46,867 bases of DNA from an uncultured Gammaproteobacteria bacterium (GCA_964640115.1 CAZXFK010000001.1:1-46867); one strand, 5' to 3'; counted from the stretch's first letter, positions 9,298 through 17,720 are shown. Numbers and translations are program-made. The notes: generated by a model not told the origin, from the letters alone.

Positions 9298-10035
9298 ATG
9301 CGCAACATTATCCCCGTATTAAAATCCTTAGGACTTCTGGAAAGTGAAGTCAAAACTTATTTGGCCACGCTCGAACTTGGACCAAGCACTGTTTTAGAAA
9401 TCAACAAAAAAATCGGCCTCTCCCGCCAAGCCATTTACACTGCCATTGAGTCCCTGATAACCCTCGGCCTGATGAGCTCGGTGGAAAAAGGTAAAAAAAC
9501 CCTCTTCGCCGCCGAATCCCCCGAAAGATTACGATCCTTCGCGGAGACCAAACTTAAAAAAATGGAATCAACTGTCAGAGAGATAAAAGATATTACGAAA
9601 GATTTGTCACTTGTGCAACAGGGCGAAAAACCGATCGTCCGAATGTATGAAGGCAATGAAGGTATCAAAGCAATTTTTGAAGATATTATAAAAACTACAC
9701 CAAAACATATTGATGAATTCACTAATGAAAGACTCGTCGCGGAATACTACAGCGATCTGGATCTGGGTCCATTAAAAGAAAAACTCGATAAATTAGGTAC
9801 AACCACAAATTTATTAGCAATAGGCGATCCTGAAATTAAAACTCGTAAAACTACCAAGAAAAAATTAATAACCAACTCGGGCATAAAATTCAATGGCGAT
9901 ATTTCCATTTACGATTCAAAAGTATCGCTAGCATCTTTTAAAGGAAAAGCTGTGTCAGTCATCATCGAAAGCGAAGAAATCGCACAAACACTTAGAAGTT
10001 TATTTAAACTAGCTTGGGATAACGAAAAAAAATAG
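9298..10035 (+). CDS. TrmB-family winged-helix transcriptional regulator
   Basis: The N-terminus LGLLESEVKTYLATLELGPSTVLEINKKIGLSRQAIYTAIESL matches the TrmB HTH pattern. Confidence 0.6.
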   Translation: MRNIIPVLKSLGLLESEVKTYLATLELGPSTVLEINKKIGLSRQAIYTAIESLITLGLMSSVEKGKKTLFAAESPERLRSFAETKLKKMESTVREIKDITKDLSLVQQGEKPIVRMYEGNEGIKAIFEDIIKTTPKHIDEFTNERLVAEYYSDLDLGPLKEKLDKLGTTTNLLAIGDPEIKTRKTTKKKLITNSGIKFNGDISIYDSKVSLASFKGKAVSVIIESEEIAQTLRSLFKLAWDNEKK

Positions 10036-10071
10036 CCCGGAAAACAACAGATCGTGTCTTCCGAGCTTGAG

Positions 10072-10094
10072 CTCTCCTACAAGGAGAGTTTTTT
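10072..10094. terminator. Bidirectional terminator between convergent genes
   Basis: CTCTCC-TACAA-GGAGAG followed by TTTTTT. It lies between the TrmB stop codon and the stop codon of the 10094-10891 gene. Confidence 0.7.
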
Positions 10095-10891
10095 CATCCG
10101 AAGATGCCACCTCCGGTACGTCCGAAGATGCCACCACCTTCGAATCCGAAGATGCCACCTCCGGTACGTCCGAAGATGCCACCACCTTCTTGCGTCGCGG
10201 ATGCGTACATGAAGGCTCTGTGACTCTGCTTCATGCCGCCGAACATCGCTTGTGCGAGTCCATCGACGACTTGGTTCGCTGCGCTCGCGATCTCGTTGCC
10301 GAGTTCGCATGCTTCGCGCTTTACAAGCGCGAAAAGGCTTGTTCCAAAAGCAGATTTCTCGGGCTCGCAGATCAACTTGCCGGTTTCGACGTTGAACTCG
10401 AGCTCAATTTGCTCTCGGTGAGGTCGGCGGTAACAGGTGCCGTTCTTGGGGTTCTCGCAATCGGGACCGCAGTTGCATTCGTCGCCGCTTCCTCCGTTGC
10501 TGTCGCTATCATCGTCATCATCTTCGAAGCGGGCAACATCCAAAATCGACCTTCCATTCTTCTCCGCTTCGAATGCGACGGCGAGTACGAAAATAGCGGT
10601 GATGAGGAGTGCAATTCCAAGTACCGTCGCGAATCCTTGAAACTGCAAGGCAGCATTCATCATGAACACCGCACCGCCAAGAAAGACATAGGTGTTTACC
10701 ACCTTTGCATTCCGTCTACGCTTTGCGTATTCCGAGCTCTTCAACAAGCTCGAATCATAGCCCGGGATATTGAAAGCGTAAGCTAATCCAACTCGGCCGC
10801 ACCAAAGGAAGTCCTCGACTGAGTGCAAAAAACAAAAAACTCCGTTTTTCAAAAAACTATTTTCTTCCTTTTCGCTTTTCGATTTTTCCAT
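10094..10891 (-). CDS. Hypothetical GC-rich membrane protein with C-terminal (GGGIFG)x4 tail
   Basis: Two transmembrane helices, an acidic D/S stretch, the Cys cluster CNCGPDCENPKNGTC, and the ending GGGIFGRTGGGIFGFEGGGIFGRTGGGIFG. The stop codon abuts the terminator. The start is uncertain. Confidence 0.45.
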   Translation of the reverse strand: MEKSKSEKEENSFLKNGVFCFLHSVEDFLWCGRVGLAYAFNIPGYDSSLLKSSEYAKRRRNAKVVNTYVFLGGAVFMMNAALQFQGFATVLGIALLITAIFVLAVAFEAEKNGRSILDVARFEDDDDDSDSNGGSGDECNCGPDCENPKNGTCYRRPHREQIELEFNVETGKLICEPEKSAFGTSLFALVKREACELGNEIASAANQVVDGLAQAMFGGMKQSHRAFMYASATQEGGGIFGRTGGGIFGFEGGGIFGRTGGGIFG

Positions 10892-11004
10892 TTTCTCTTC
10901 TCCTTTTCATTTTGATCCCACAGCGAAGAGTTACCGCGGGAACGTGCGAAATTGCCGAAGTTTCTGCTCGGCGCAGGCCTCTGACACTTTTCAGAGAACC
11001 GAAT

Positions 11005-11033
11005 AATTTATCATATTTTTGGCATTTTGTCAA
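11005..11033 (-). promoter_or_regulatory. Sigma70-like promoter (TTGACA-17-TAAATT) facing the 10094-10891 gene
   Basis: Read on the minus strand, about 100 nt upstream of the ORF start. Confidence 0.4.
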
Positions 11034-11237
11034 GGGTAGCAAGACAAAAACCACAAACAACAATTATCAAAATGCTCTTAATGTCCAACTATTGATTTCT
11101 CTTTGACAAAATACCGGTAAAATAATTTTATCTAATTTTAGAGAAATAATTGATAATTAACACATTTTATTGATATTAATTATCCATTTTGTCCCCCATC
11201 CCTTGACAAAATCCGCTGGATGTGTTAGTGTCAAATG

Positions 11238-11291
11238 TCCACTAGACAAAGAGTCTCTTGGATACGCAAATCGAGCGTCCGCTCGATTTTG
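11238..11291 (+). ncRNA. Candidate small RNA (promoter TTGACA-17-TAGTGT at 11203-11231 plus terminator hairpin)
   Basis: A consensus -35 is followed about 35 nt downstream by AAATCGAGC-GTCC-GCTCGATTT and a T-run. No ORF is present. Not matched to any known RNA family. Confidence 0.25.
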
Positions 11292-11420
11292 TAAAACAAA
11301 ATACAAAAACCACAATCGCAAATTACAAATCAATATTTTTGACGCATCACATCGTTCTTGCCTTCCCCGCAAGCCACGATAAATGACTCTTCCGGCATGC
11401 TTGTCCGGATGAAACTTCTG

Positions 11421-11455
11421 CGAAATTCGAAATACGAAATTCGAATTTCGAATCA
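11421..11455 (+). repeat. Heptamer tandem array, family B (CGAAATT-like), 5 units
   Basis: cgaaatt cgaaata cgaaatt cgaattt cgaatca. Confidence 0.85.
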
Positions 11456-11747
11456 TGTCTGATTTCCCCGTCAGTAGCTCCTCACCAATTAAAGCGTCCG
11501 CTTGCGGACCAAAGAGGCGCGAACACGAATAATTGGAACTTGGATGCAAATCCATTTTAAACGATGCAATAAAAAACAAAGATCCGGATTAGCCAATCCG
11601 ATCTCTTGTAGAGTTCGTCATCCGAGGAGAAATGATGAGCTCTACTAGAGAACACACGTAATAAATTAAAAATAATAAATAACAAATAATAAAGGTAAAT
11701 ACATTCGCTCGCTATATTATTAATTGATTTATAAATTAAAACAAAAT

Positions 11748-12341
11748 ATGTTGGAAACATTATTCAGACCTAAAGCTGCCAAGGTTGAAGATCATCCGGA
11801 GTGGTTGCCGATAGAAAGCCCAAAAATACATCTTGATAAATTCCCCGAAGAAATACTAGAACAGACAACCGGAACTGAATATCATCACGAAGCTGGTGCA
11901 AAAGTGGAACAAAACGAATTAATCGAAATACAATTACCGGAAGTGGAAATCCCCGAGCATCTGCCGAACTGGTTTGATGTGATGGCTGAATCCATCGATG
12001 ACTTACAGAATGAATCGGCACTTGATACATTATCAGCTGTCGGTAAAATGGGCGCCCATGATCCGAATATCATTAAAAATTATTTGGAAAAAATCCCGCG
12101 CGCGACTCTTGAGCGCATACAAAAACATTGTATCGACATGGCTTGCGAACAAGCAAAAAAATTAAACGCTCATATCATGGGACGCGAAACTCTCGATCCG
12201 AAGACTCTGCAGGCCGAACAATATCAATTAAAAAAATTATTCAACATCGCCACAGTATTAACCGCCGGAGGTTGTGACGATTTAAGCCGAACACTGATTC
12301 AATTGGAATCTGCCCATCAAAGAGCGCGCCAAATTCAATAA
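11748..12341 (+). CDS. Hypothetical acidic protein
   Basis: 197-aa ORF counted from the ATG at 11748. No SD sequence. It is tightly spaced with the next two ORFs. No family recognised. Confidence 0.5.
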   Translation: MLETLFRPKAAKVEDHPEWLPIESPKIHLDKFPEEILEQTTGTEYHHEAGAKVEQNELIEIQLPEVEIPEHLPNWFDVMAESIDDLQNESALDTLSAVGKMGAHDPNIIKNYLEKIPRATLERIQKHCIDMACEQAKKLNAHIMGRETLDPKTLQAEQYQLKKLFNIATVLTAGGCDDLSRTLIQLESAHQRARQIQ

Positions 12342-12359
12342 ATATCTTAAATTAAAATT

Positions 12360-12869
12360 ATGTCAGAAAAATTTATACAAAAAAGTGAAAAATCAAACCA
12401 TATTAAAATCTTCGACGTCAATATTGATTTTCCGGAAAATACTGATGCGGAAATAATCGCTCAACTGCAAAAAATTCAAACGGATTCTTTACAGTCATAT
12501 TTAAAAGAAGTGGAAAAATATAATTTTTATCCTTCTTTAGTCGCCAGAGATGGATATGGAAAACTCATTGACATAACAATGCAACATGTTGAAGGCGGAT
12601 ATTCGGAAACGAATATTTTGGATATACCGCTCGCATACGTAGGTTATGCCGGACACAATTATGACGGTTATGCATTAATCAATGGCAACGGGACCGAATC
12701 AAGTGATTACGGAGGATTCTCGGAAACCGGTGAAACAGTTGCCGAAAAACAGCCTGATGGCCAATATGCTCATTTTATAGTCACGCAACAAAATCAATGG
12801 ACCAATTGGTATCCGGAAAACCGAGAAATAGAACGCGAAAGAAAACGCATCGCTGATAAAAAACAATAA
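12360..12869 (+). CDS. Hypothetical protein
   Basis: 169-aa ORF starting 18 nt after the previous stop codon. No family recognised. Confidence 0.5.
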   Translation: MSEKFIQKSEKSNHIKIFDVNIDFPENTDAEIIAQLQKIQTDSLQSYLKEVEKYNFYPSLVARDGYGKLIDITMQHVEGGYSETNILDIPLAYVGYAGHNYDGYALINGNGTESSDYGGFSETGETVAEKQPDGQYAHFIVTQQNQWTNWYPENREIERERKRIADKKQ

Positions 12870-12884
12870 AAATCTCAAAAGCTT

Positions 12885-13076
12885 ATGAAAAACGAATCAT
12901 TCAATAATCAATCGGCTAATGACAATGCTTATGCGCCGATTATAGAATTTAAATCAATCGCACGTCCACTTGAGAAAAACTCAAATGAGACCTCAAACGA
13001 AGCTCAAGTAATCGAGTTTCGCTCCATAGCCAATAAACCGACCAATTATAATCCCAGACCTCCGGAAGCAGCTTAA
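12885..13076 (+). CDS. Hypothetical small protein with duplicated (I/V)IEF(K/R)SIA motif
   Basis: 63-aa ORF starting 15 nt after the previous stop codon, with an internal repeat IIEFKSIARP / VIEFRSIANKP. Confidence 0.35.
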   Translation: MKNESFNNQSANDNAYAPIIEFKSIARPLEKNSNETSNEAQVIEFRSIANKPTNYNPRPPEAA

Positions 13077-13135
13077 AAACAACCAAAGGATTCGGGAACA
13101 ATATGTTCCTCTCTCCGCCATACTTCATGTACATA

Positions 13136-13163
13136 GCCGCTAGCTACTAGCTACCAGCTATTT
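13136..13163 (-). repeat. Heptamer tandem array, family A in inverse orientation
   Basis: gccgcta gctacta gctacca gctattt, which is the reverse complement of CTRGTAG units. Confidence 0.8.
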
Positions 13164-13204
13164 ACATGATGTACGGCGGGGAAAAACAAACAAAGGAGAT
13201 TCCC

Positions 13205-13705
13205 ATGAATAACATGACCGGGACAGTACATTTCACTTTCACCGACGATAGCGATTCCGAAGAAGTCGCTGAGTCAACCTACAAATTCCAGGAGTATGTT
13301 CATTGTTGTATCAAGGGCTGCCACGTTCAACTTGTGTACGACGTGATTGCGGTTGTGTGCTATAAAGAGCGCAAAACCAAAGTCATCGGGCGCAACTTGA
13401 TCGAGGCTTACGTTGACTCTCCCTGTGACAGAAAGAAATGCGGTCGTTACCGCGACAAGGAGGAACCCATTTGTTGGCACCAGTTTGAAAGAGATGGCGG
13501 CAATAGCGGGAGCCGGCTCATCTGCTTTGGAAACATGCATTTTGTTTTCAATTGCAGTGAATACGGTACGGGTTGGGACGCTGAACAAGCTCCAACTCCC
13601 TGCGACGGCTCTTGCGAACTCAAGGAGGTGACATTCACGGAAGAGGAAGAAGTGCTAATAACGTCGGTAATCGATGATTACAAGGAAAATAATCCCAACA
13701 CATAA
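13205..13705 (+). CDS. Hypothetical Cys-rich protein (GC-rich)
   Basis: AAAGGAG Shine-Dalgarno sequence 6 nt before the ATG. About 12 Cys residues, including CCIKGCH and CDRKKCGRY...ICWH. No family recognised. Confidence 0.5.
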   Translation: MNNMTGTVHFTFTDDSDSEEVAESTYKFQEYVHCCIKGCHVQLVYDVIAVVCYKERKTKVIGRNLIEAYVDSPCDRKKCGRYRDKEEPICWHQFERDGGNSGSRLICFGNMHFVFNCSEYGTGWDAEQAPTPCDGSCELKEVTFTEEEEVLITSVIDDYKENNPNT

Positions 13706-13727
13706 AAAGGAGGATAAAATAAATTTC

Positions 13728-13841
13728 ATGTTAATCGAAAAAAAGCAAATGATCTTCACCTCACTCAAGGTCATCGCGGTACTGTATGTACTGACAGGCT
13801 CGATGGCACTCACCCGGTTGATCCTCGACACATTCCTCTAA
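13728..13841 (+). CDS. Candidate 37-aa single-pass membrane peptide
   Basis: AAAGGAGG lies about 12 nt upstream. The peptide MLIEKKQMIFTSLKVIAVLYVLTGSMALTRLILDTFL is not in the supplied ORF track because it is too short. Confidence 0.35.
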   Translation: MLIEKKQMIFTSLKVIAVLYVLTGSMALTRLILDTFL

Positions 13842-13871
13842 CCCAAATCTAGCGACACCCTCTGTCGCAAT

Positions 13872-13949
13872 CTCCCCATGCCAAACAACTCAAATTGACG
13901 TTCGACGTTAGACGTTCGACGTTAGACGCTGTTTGTTTGCTACGGGGAG
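13872..13949. repeat. Imperfect inverted repeat enclosing a GACGTTN heptamer array (family C, 13897-13931)
   Basis: CTCCCCATGCCAAACAAC ... GTTTGTTTGCTACGGGGAG flanks gacgttc gacgtta gacgttc gacgtta gacgctg. Confidence 0.75.
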
Positions 13950-14294
13950 CTTGCATCTTTTAACAAAGTAATATAAGCTCGCCTTAGAGAGCCAAGGAAA
14001 TAATCGCTTCATTCATCCCTCGGGATGGATGTCCTTCGAAGCATCAGCGAAGAAGGATCCCCATTGGTCCTCATGCGAAAAAAACCACTTAAACAGCGGT
14101 TTTTTTGTTTATTAAGATTATTTTCTGCAAACCGCATCGATTACGTAAATCCACAGAGCTTATATTTTGGAGGGTGATCTCTCCTCTTCATTCTCCGTCT
14201 TAGGCGGATGCGCATAGGACGTAGAATAATTAACAATAGTAGACGTTGAATGTAGTGGAGATTTCTCACGTACGTTCGAAATGACAAACCTTAG

Positions 14295-14329
14295 CTGGTA
14301 ACTAGTGGCTAGTGGCTAGAAGCTAGTGG
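14295..14329 (+). repeat. Heptamer tandem array, family A, 5 units
   Basis: ctggtaa ctagtgg ctagtgg ctagaag ctagtgg, followed by cttaata and then the -35 box. Confidence 0.88.
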
Positions 14330-14337
14330 CTTAATAG

Positions 14338-14366
14338 TTGACATTTCATCTTAATAAGGTATATTA
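14338..14366 (+). promoter_or_regulatory. Sigma70-like promoter (TTGACA-17-ATATTA)
   Basis: Consensus -35 in the context ATAGTTGACA, about 35 nt upstream of the SD sequence and ATG at 14402. Confidence 0.55.
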
Positions 14367-14401
14367 CCCGAATCGCATTTTCGCGATAAAAGGAGGTTAA
14401 G

Positions 14402-15337
14402 ATGGCACTTTCAAACAAACATTGTTGGATCGGATTGTTTGACGCTGAAGGCAATCTTCGCGACAACTTTTTGATGTATACCGGAATAGAAAACGACGCG
14501 CATTACATGCGACAATTCAAAGCGCTTTGCGCATTGGGCCGCATTCGCACCGAACATCTGTTCCATTCCGGGTGCCAGCTTTTGGCGCAAACCGAATACG
14601 GTTTGGCAAACTTCGCTTCGGTCAAACCGTTTTCAATCGGCGATTTCTTCCGCATTATCGGTGAAACCGAGCATCGCACTCTCGTTGGAGATATGGAGCA
14701 TGCCAACGAACTCGCCGGTATTGAACGATTGCTGGCGCATAATGCCAATCACGAAGCCGATACGCCCATCTCCCCCGCCCATGATGACACACCAATCGAA
14801 ATTCCGGCACTGGACAATTTTTTGCCCAACTTGCAATCCGCGCCAGAATGGCTCAAAAACTATGCTTCATTTTGCATCAAGAGCAATTCTCCTTATGAAA
14901 TAGCGCAATTGGTTGGTCTATTCGCGCGCACCGGAAACAAATCCGCGCGCGAACTTGGCTCCAATTGGGCGAAAAAACTTTCTCACAAACAGCTGATTCG
15001 GCTGGGCAAGGCCAATATCGAGCAATTGTTTGCACTCACAGACGCGGCTTTGCGTTTGGAACCGGCAACCAATGCCATTCAAGAAAAACAATTAACCGAA
15101 ACGGTTGTAATGATTCTAGCCATGCGTGATCATTGCGAAAGCATTTTCTGGATCTTGGAAGAAGCAAATTATCCTCCCATGAGAGATCTTTTTGCCATCG
15201 AAGACAGTCTTCTTTCCAATCCGCTTTTGTTTACCACGCCTCTTACGAACAAAGGCAACTGGATGGTTCAGTTACTGGCTCATGTACGCGAACACAGCCC
15301 CGTTTGCTGGTGGGCTGTCCGCGCCAATCTGGTCTAA
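14402..15337 (+). CDS. Hypothetical protein (GC-rich ORFan)
   Basis: AAAGGAGG Shine-Dalgarno sequence, 311 aa, with its own promoter and terminator. No family recognised. Confidence 0.55.
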   Translation: MALSNKHCWIGLFDAEGNLRDNFLMYTGIENDAHYMRQFKALCALGRIRTEHLFHSGCQLLAQTEYGLANFASVKPFSIGDFFRIIGETEHRTLVGDMEHANELAGIERLLAHNANHEADTPISPAHDDTPIEIPALDNFLPNLQSAPEWLKNYASFCIKSNSPYEIAQLVGLFARTGNKSARELGSNWAKKLSHKQLIRLGKANIEQLFALTDAALRLEPATNAIQEKQLTETVVMILAMRDHCESIFWILEEANYPPMRDLFAIEDSLLSNPLLFTTPLTNKGNWMVQLLAHVREHSPVCWWAVRANLV

Positions 15338-15342
15338 ACCAT

Positions 15343-15365
15343 AAACCGCCAAACTGGCGGTTTTT
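15343..15365 (+). terminator. Rho-independent terminator
   Basis: AAACCGCC-AAACT-GGCGGTTT followed by TT. Confidence 0.7.
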
Positions 15366-15369
15366 ATAG

Positions 15370-15398
15370 TTGACAAGTATCGATATATATTATACTGA
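15370..15398 (+). promoter_or_regulatory. Sigma70-like promoter (TTGACA then TATACT/TACTGA)
   Basis: Same ATAGTTGACA context as at 14338. The -10 register is ambiguous within an AT-rich run. Confidence 0.5.
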
Positions 15399-15432
15399 AT
15401 TCATATAGGAAACAAACACCAAGGAGTTTTCC

Positions 15433-16056
15433 ATGGCTAATCCGCTAACCGCAGAACAAATCACCGAAATCGCAATTTCACAAAAAATCAAAAACATTAT
15501 TGTTTTTGATGATACTCCGGAAACTGCACCGTATTCAATGCACTGCAGTATCTCCGATCCGGTTCATGAAAATGCAGTCATGATCATTTACGGCTATGCG
15601 CGCGTTCATCATTTCATATCTTCCGTGGATTCAAGAGTTGGCAGACACGAATCAATTATCATCCCCCAAGAATCTTCGGAAGCCGAAGGCTTGGCGGTAA
15701 GCGGATTTATTTTTGGCAGGGTTCTTCCTCGTATAACCTGCGGATATCAAATACTAAATCCGCAAACCGGACAAACATCCCAATTTTCGCATCACGAAAT
15801 TCTCCCGGCTGAACACGAATCCGGATTAATCATAGTTGTCGATGAAAATCCCATTCAACAAATCAATTTGTATTTTGAAATAACAGCCATGCTCGAAACC
15901 GATACGGAAAAAATCACATTCGAAAATATCCCGCCCCTGCACACCGTACTCGATCAAAAAATCGATGAATGGTATCCCGACAAAAAACCGGTTCACAAGC
16001 TCACTGCCTTTGACAACCCGTTCGGACCATATACCAATTATATGGTTACACTCTAA
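15433..16056 (+). CDS. Hypothetical protein (ORFan)
   Basis: AAGGAG Shine-Dalgarno sequence, 207 aa, with its own promoter and terminator. No family recognised. Confidence 0.55.
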   Translation: MANPLTAEQITEIAISQKIKNIIVFDDTPETAPYSMHCSISDPVHENAVMIIYGYARVHHFISSVDSRVGRHESIIIPQESSEAEGLAVSGFIFGRVLPRITCGYQILNPQTGQTSQFSHHEILPAEHESGLIIVVDENPIQQINLYFEITAMLETDTEKITFENIPPLHTVLDQKIDEWYPDKKPVHKLTAFDNPFGPYTNYMVTL

Positions 16057-16060
16057 ACAC

Positions 16061-16084
16061 AATCTCCCTTCAGGGAGATTTTTC
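16061..16084 (+). terminator. Rho-independent terminator
   Basis: AATCTCCC-TTCA-GGGAGATT followed by TTT. Confidence 0.7.
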
Positions 16085-16089
16085 ATTTA

Positions 16090-16118
16090 TTGACTGCAAA
16101 CATCTCTGCATTTAAGAT
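16090..16118 (+). promoter_or_regulatory. Sigma70-like promoter (TTGACT-17-TAAGAT)
   Basis: Immediately downstream of the preceding terminator and upstream of the SD sequence and ATG at 16171. Confidence 0.5.
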
Positions 16119-16170
16119 AAAAGCAAGAGAAATGGCATCGCACATTATCATTACCAAAAGGAGTACATTC

Positions 16171-16356
16171 ATGACAGAGAACAATTTATTAACCGAATCC
16201 AAAAAAACCGAAATCGCCAAAGATCAAGTAAAACCCGCGATTTACAATCATTTGCATGTAAAACGCCGAATCTACTACGTGGATTCCAACGGATGTGTAA
16301 TCTTTGAACTATCTGAAGCTTTATCAGCCAAAGAATCAAATCTGCACAATACCTAA
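16171..16356 (+). CDS. Hypothetical small protein (61 aa)
   Basis: AAAGGAG Shine-Dalgarno sequence 7 nt before the ATG. The longer ORF from 16090 would begin inside the promoter. Confidence 0.4.
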   Translation: MTENNLLTESKKTEIAKDQVKPAIYNHLHVKRRIYYVDSNGCVIFELSEALSAKESNLHNT

Positions 16357-16462
16357 TCTACCCCTCTCAATCTGACTCTCTATCGCACAAGTCTTTCTTT
16401 GCCATATCTCTTGGCTTGTGCCCCTTCTTGAACGGAGATACAAATGTCCTTTCAAGAATTGT

Positions 16463-17275
16463 ATGTCAAAACTAAACATCCTCGTCTTTGGAGATATTGT
16501 CGGCAAAATCGGACGCCAAGCTCTTGCTGCCGTTCTTCCCGATTTAAAATTAAAATACAAAACCGACCTCGCAATCGCCAATGTCGAAAATCTGGCACAC
16601 GGCCGTGGTATCACCAAAAAAACTTTGCAAGAAATAAGCGATGCGGGCATCGATGTTTTTACATCCGGCCATCATGTTTTTGAAAACCAACAAGGCTTGC
16701 CTTTATTAAATGATCCGATCTGGTCACAACGATTGATCCGCCCGGCCAACGTCGGTCCAAACCTGCCCGGAAAAGGCTGGATCCATCTCAACATCAAAAA
16801 TACGCTAGTCAGTATTCTGAATCTTCAAGGTCAACTTTTCATGCCTCAAGAACCGGCTTCAATCTTCCTCTCTTTCGACCGATTTTGGAAAGAACAATGC
16901 CCTGAATCATCAAAACGCATGTTAATTGTTGATCTTCATGCCGAAACAACCAGTGAAAAAAACGCCTTCGCTCATTATGTCGATGGCAAAGCCAATCTGG
17001 TCTTTGGCACCCACACTCATGTACCCACTGCAGACCTAAAAATCCTGCCTAATGGAACTGTTCAAATTACAGACGTGGGCATGGTTGGCGCTCATGATTC
17101 TGTTATCGGATTTGAAAAAAATAGCTCTATTAAGCGATTTTTAGCCGAATCTACAGCTCCGTATAAAATCCCCGAATCAGGCGAAGTCGATATCAACGGC
17201 ATATTTGTCAGCTGGGATATTGAAGCAGGAAAAGCCGTAAAAATACAACAGATACGTGAAATAGTTGCAATTTAA
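16463..17275 (+). CDS. ymdB: YmdB-family metallophosphoesterase (TIGR00282-like)
   Basis: LNILVFGDIVGKIGRQA...ANVENLAHGRGIT...FTSGHHVF...GTHTHVPTAD matches the YmdB calcineurin-like motifs. Confidence 0.85.
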   Translation: MSKLNILVFGDIVGKIGRQALAAVLPDLKLKYKTDLAIANVENLAHGRGITKKTLQEISDAGIDVFTSGHHVFENQQGLPLLNDPIWSQRLIRPANVGPNLPGKGWIHLNIKNTLVSILNLQGQLFMPQEPASIFLSFDRFWKEQCPESSKRMLIVDLHAETTSEKNAFAHYVDGKANLVFGTHTHVPTADLKILPNGTVQITDVGMVGAHDSVIGFEKNSSIKRFLAESTAPYKIPESGEVDINGIFVSWDIEAGKAVKIQQIREIVAI

Positions 17276-17354
17276 GCCAAATTGTGCTATACTTAGAGCA
17301 TAATTACCTAATAGCCCATTTCAGGGCTCGCGTATAAATAATTAATCTTTTACT

Positions 17355-17720
17355 ATGAACAAAGCAGAACTCATCAATGTGATATCCGATCGCGTGGGTG
17401 TCACCAAAAAACAAGCCGAGGACATGGTCGAATCATTCGTTGATATCGTCACCTCCGAACTTGTAAACGATGGAGATGTTACCATCGCCGGATTCGGCCA
17501 ATTTACGGCCCGCACTCGTGCCGGACGCACAGGTGTTAACCCGCAAAATCCAACCGAACACATCCAAATTCCTCCGGTTCGTGTCGCCAAATTCAAACCG
17601 GGTAAAGGCTTAAAGGATGCTCTCAAGGCCCCTAAGAATCAAGCTCCGGCCATGCAAGCCCCCACACCGGCTCCCGAAATGCCCAGCCAACCCGAAGCAC
17701 CAACCTATCCATCAATGTAA
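17355..17720 (+). CDS. hup: HU-family DNA-binding protein with Pro/Ala-rich C-terminal extension
   Basis: MNKAELI...GFGQFTARTRAGRTGVNPQNPTE...PPVRVAKFKPGK is canonical HU, followed by a P/A/Q-rich tail of about 30 aa. Confidence 0.88.
   Translation: MNKAELINVISDRVGVTKKQAEDMVESFVDIVTSELVNDGDVTIAGFGQFTARTRAGRTGVNPQNPTEHIQIPPVRVAKFKPGKGLKDALKAPKNQAPAMQAPTPAPEMPSQPEAPTYPSM

Noticed and set aside
10067-10786. Plus-strand 239-aa ORF with SEDAT(S/T) repeats.
   Set aside because: It starts inside the terminator hairpin of the TrmB gene and is antisense to the ORF at 10094-10891, which has transmembrane helices and a stop codon abutting the terminator. It is a likely GC-rich shadow ORF, but this should be confirmed by coding-potential scoring.
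11157-11579. Minus-strand 140-aa ORF in the long intergenic region.
   Set aside because: It has no SD sequence or plausible promoter. It spans a heptamer array and promoter-like boxes, and its sequence has no protein-like features.
10892-11747. A known housekeeping RNA (RNase P, tmRNA, SRP or 6S) in the long non-coding stretch.
   Set aside because: None of the signature motifs I know are present: the RNase P GAGGAAAGTCC-type motif, the tmRNA tRNA-like ends, or the SRP GGAA/AGCA symmetric loop.
9298-16462. A prophage or integrative element with recognisable mobility genes between rny and ymdB.
   Set aside because: I could not recognise any integrase, transposase, or capsid, terminase or portal-like sequence, nor flanking direct repeats. 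It is kept only as an ORFan island hypothesis.
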